Assembly: GCA_038867615.1 (NCBI GenBank)
Contig: JAWBYA010000002.1
Span: 160,001-224,000 of the forward strand
Direction: 5' to 3'
DNA length: 64,000 nt
DNA from: Sulfolobales archaeon
GTDB taxonomy: Archaea; Thermoproteota; Thermoprotei_A; Sulfolobales; AG1
The position numbers and the translations under genes were made by a program. The notes under the pieces were generated by a model. The model saw nothing but the letters and a program-made list of their open reading frames with translations. It made no database searches and was not told the DNA's origin. This document shows positions 63,307 to 64,000 of the stretch, one piece after another (within the stretch, counting starts at the first letter, position 1; each line of letters opens with the position of its first letter).

Positions 63307-63866
63307 GATCCTATCACCTCCTTCTTATATATATAGATCCCGTCGACAAAGATCCTTCTATCCTTATCGCCAACACTGGTGGCTGACTCTATATTGGCTG
63401 CTGTTTGTGCAACCGCCTCTAGATCGGCGCCCTCAACTATTATATCCCTATCCTTCACACTAACCTTCACACCGGGAAGGATCCTTGCCACCTTTACATC
63501 CTGCCCCCCGAGGAATCTTGTTATAATAACCCTATCCTTCTCCACACTAACACCTATTGAGAAGTGGGTGAATACGATCTTTAGATAATACCTATACCCC
63601 CTGGTCACCCCGGTTATCATGTTCCTTATATGGGATGCCACAGTATATACAAGAGATCTTTCCCTCGAGCTCCCCATATAGCTTTTCACAACAATCTCGC
63701 CATCTTCTAGCGAGATAGAAACCCTTCTAGCATGAGAAAAATCCCTTGAAACCTCTCCCTTAGGACCCTTAACCCTTACTAGCTTACCATCTATACTGAC
63801 CTCAACGCCCTCTGGTACTGCGACCCTTTCTTCGAGCCTAACAAACCTAGCTGTCCTGCCGCCCAC
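63303..63866 (-). CDS. rpl6: 50S ribosomal protein uL6
   Basis: VKGPKGE, HIRNMITGV, DRRIFVDGIYI. Confidence 0.96.
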   Translation of the reverse strand: MGGRTARFVRLEERVAVPEGVEVSIDGKLVRVKGPKGEVSRDFSHARRVSISLEDGEIVVKSYMGSSRERSLVYTVASHIRNMITGVTRGYRYYLKIVFTHFSIGVSVEKDRVIITRFLGGQDVKVARILPGVKVSVKDRDIIVEGADLEAVAQTAANIESATSVGDKDRRIFVDGIYIYKKEVIGS

Positions 63867-63877
63867 ATTCTGTCACC

Positions 63878-64000
63878 TCAGTATACATATGCTATGGCAA
63901 CACCACCTATCCTGCTCTCAAGAGCCTCTCTATGGCTTATAACACCCTTTGTCGAGGTGCTTATAATAATAATCCCTATGTCTCTTGATGGTAGGTATCT
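63878..64000 (-). CDS. rps8: 30S ribosomal protein uS8 (3' end)
   Basis: Manual translation [40 protein letters not shown]. Confidence 0.93.
   Translation of the reverse strand, partial: RYLPSRDIGIIIISTSTKGVISHREALESRIGGVAIAYVY

Noticed and set aside
1-64000. CRISPR array, tRNA or rRNA genes
   Set aside because: No regularly spaced direct repeats, cloverleaf with T-loop or rRNA signature were recognised by eye.

Overview
Archaeal chromosome segment, most likely a thermophilic crenarchaeote (Thermoproteota). Supporting markers are the archaeal-type SAM synthetase, aIF2-beta, nurA-herA-mre11-rad50, Hjc+PINA, class I CCA enzyme, paREP-type coiled-coil genes, GGTGA ribosome-binding sites and the distal spc ribosomal protein cluster. 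Most of the window is housekeeping: ilvD, tatC, pdxST, two-subunit fumarase, MTHFR, oxoprolinase, phi, queD and agmatinase. An accessory/cell-surface stretch (about 27.5-44.7 kb) carries a three-domain Ser/Gln-type copper nitrite reductase with a PCuAC chaperone, a two-gene S-layer operon, two pilin-like genes, paREP genes and a frameshifted tnpB element with GG-bounded (IS607-like) ends. It also carries a 286-bp tnpB-less copy of that element that keeps the left end, the promoter and the omega-RNA scaffold. Other notable signals: strong RGATCY over-representation, an apparent ATA start codon for rpl12, a threonine-synthase-like pseudoenzyme fused to a wHTH behind pdxST, and two GC-rich intergenic ncRNA candidates. 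No CRISPR array, tRNA or rRNA was recognised. All calls are by eye from motifs; no searches were run.
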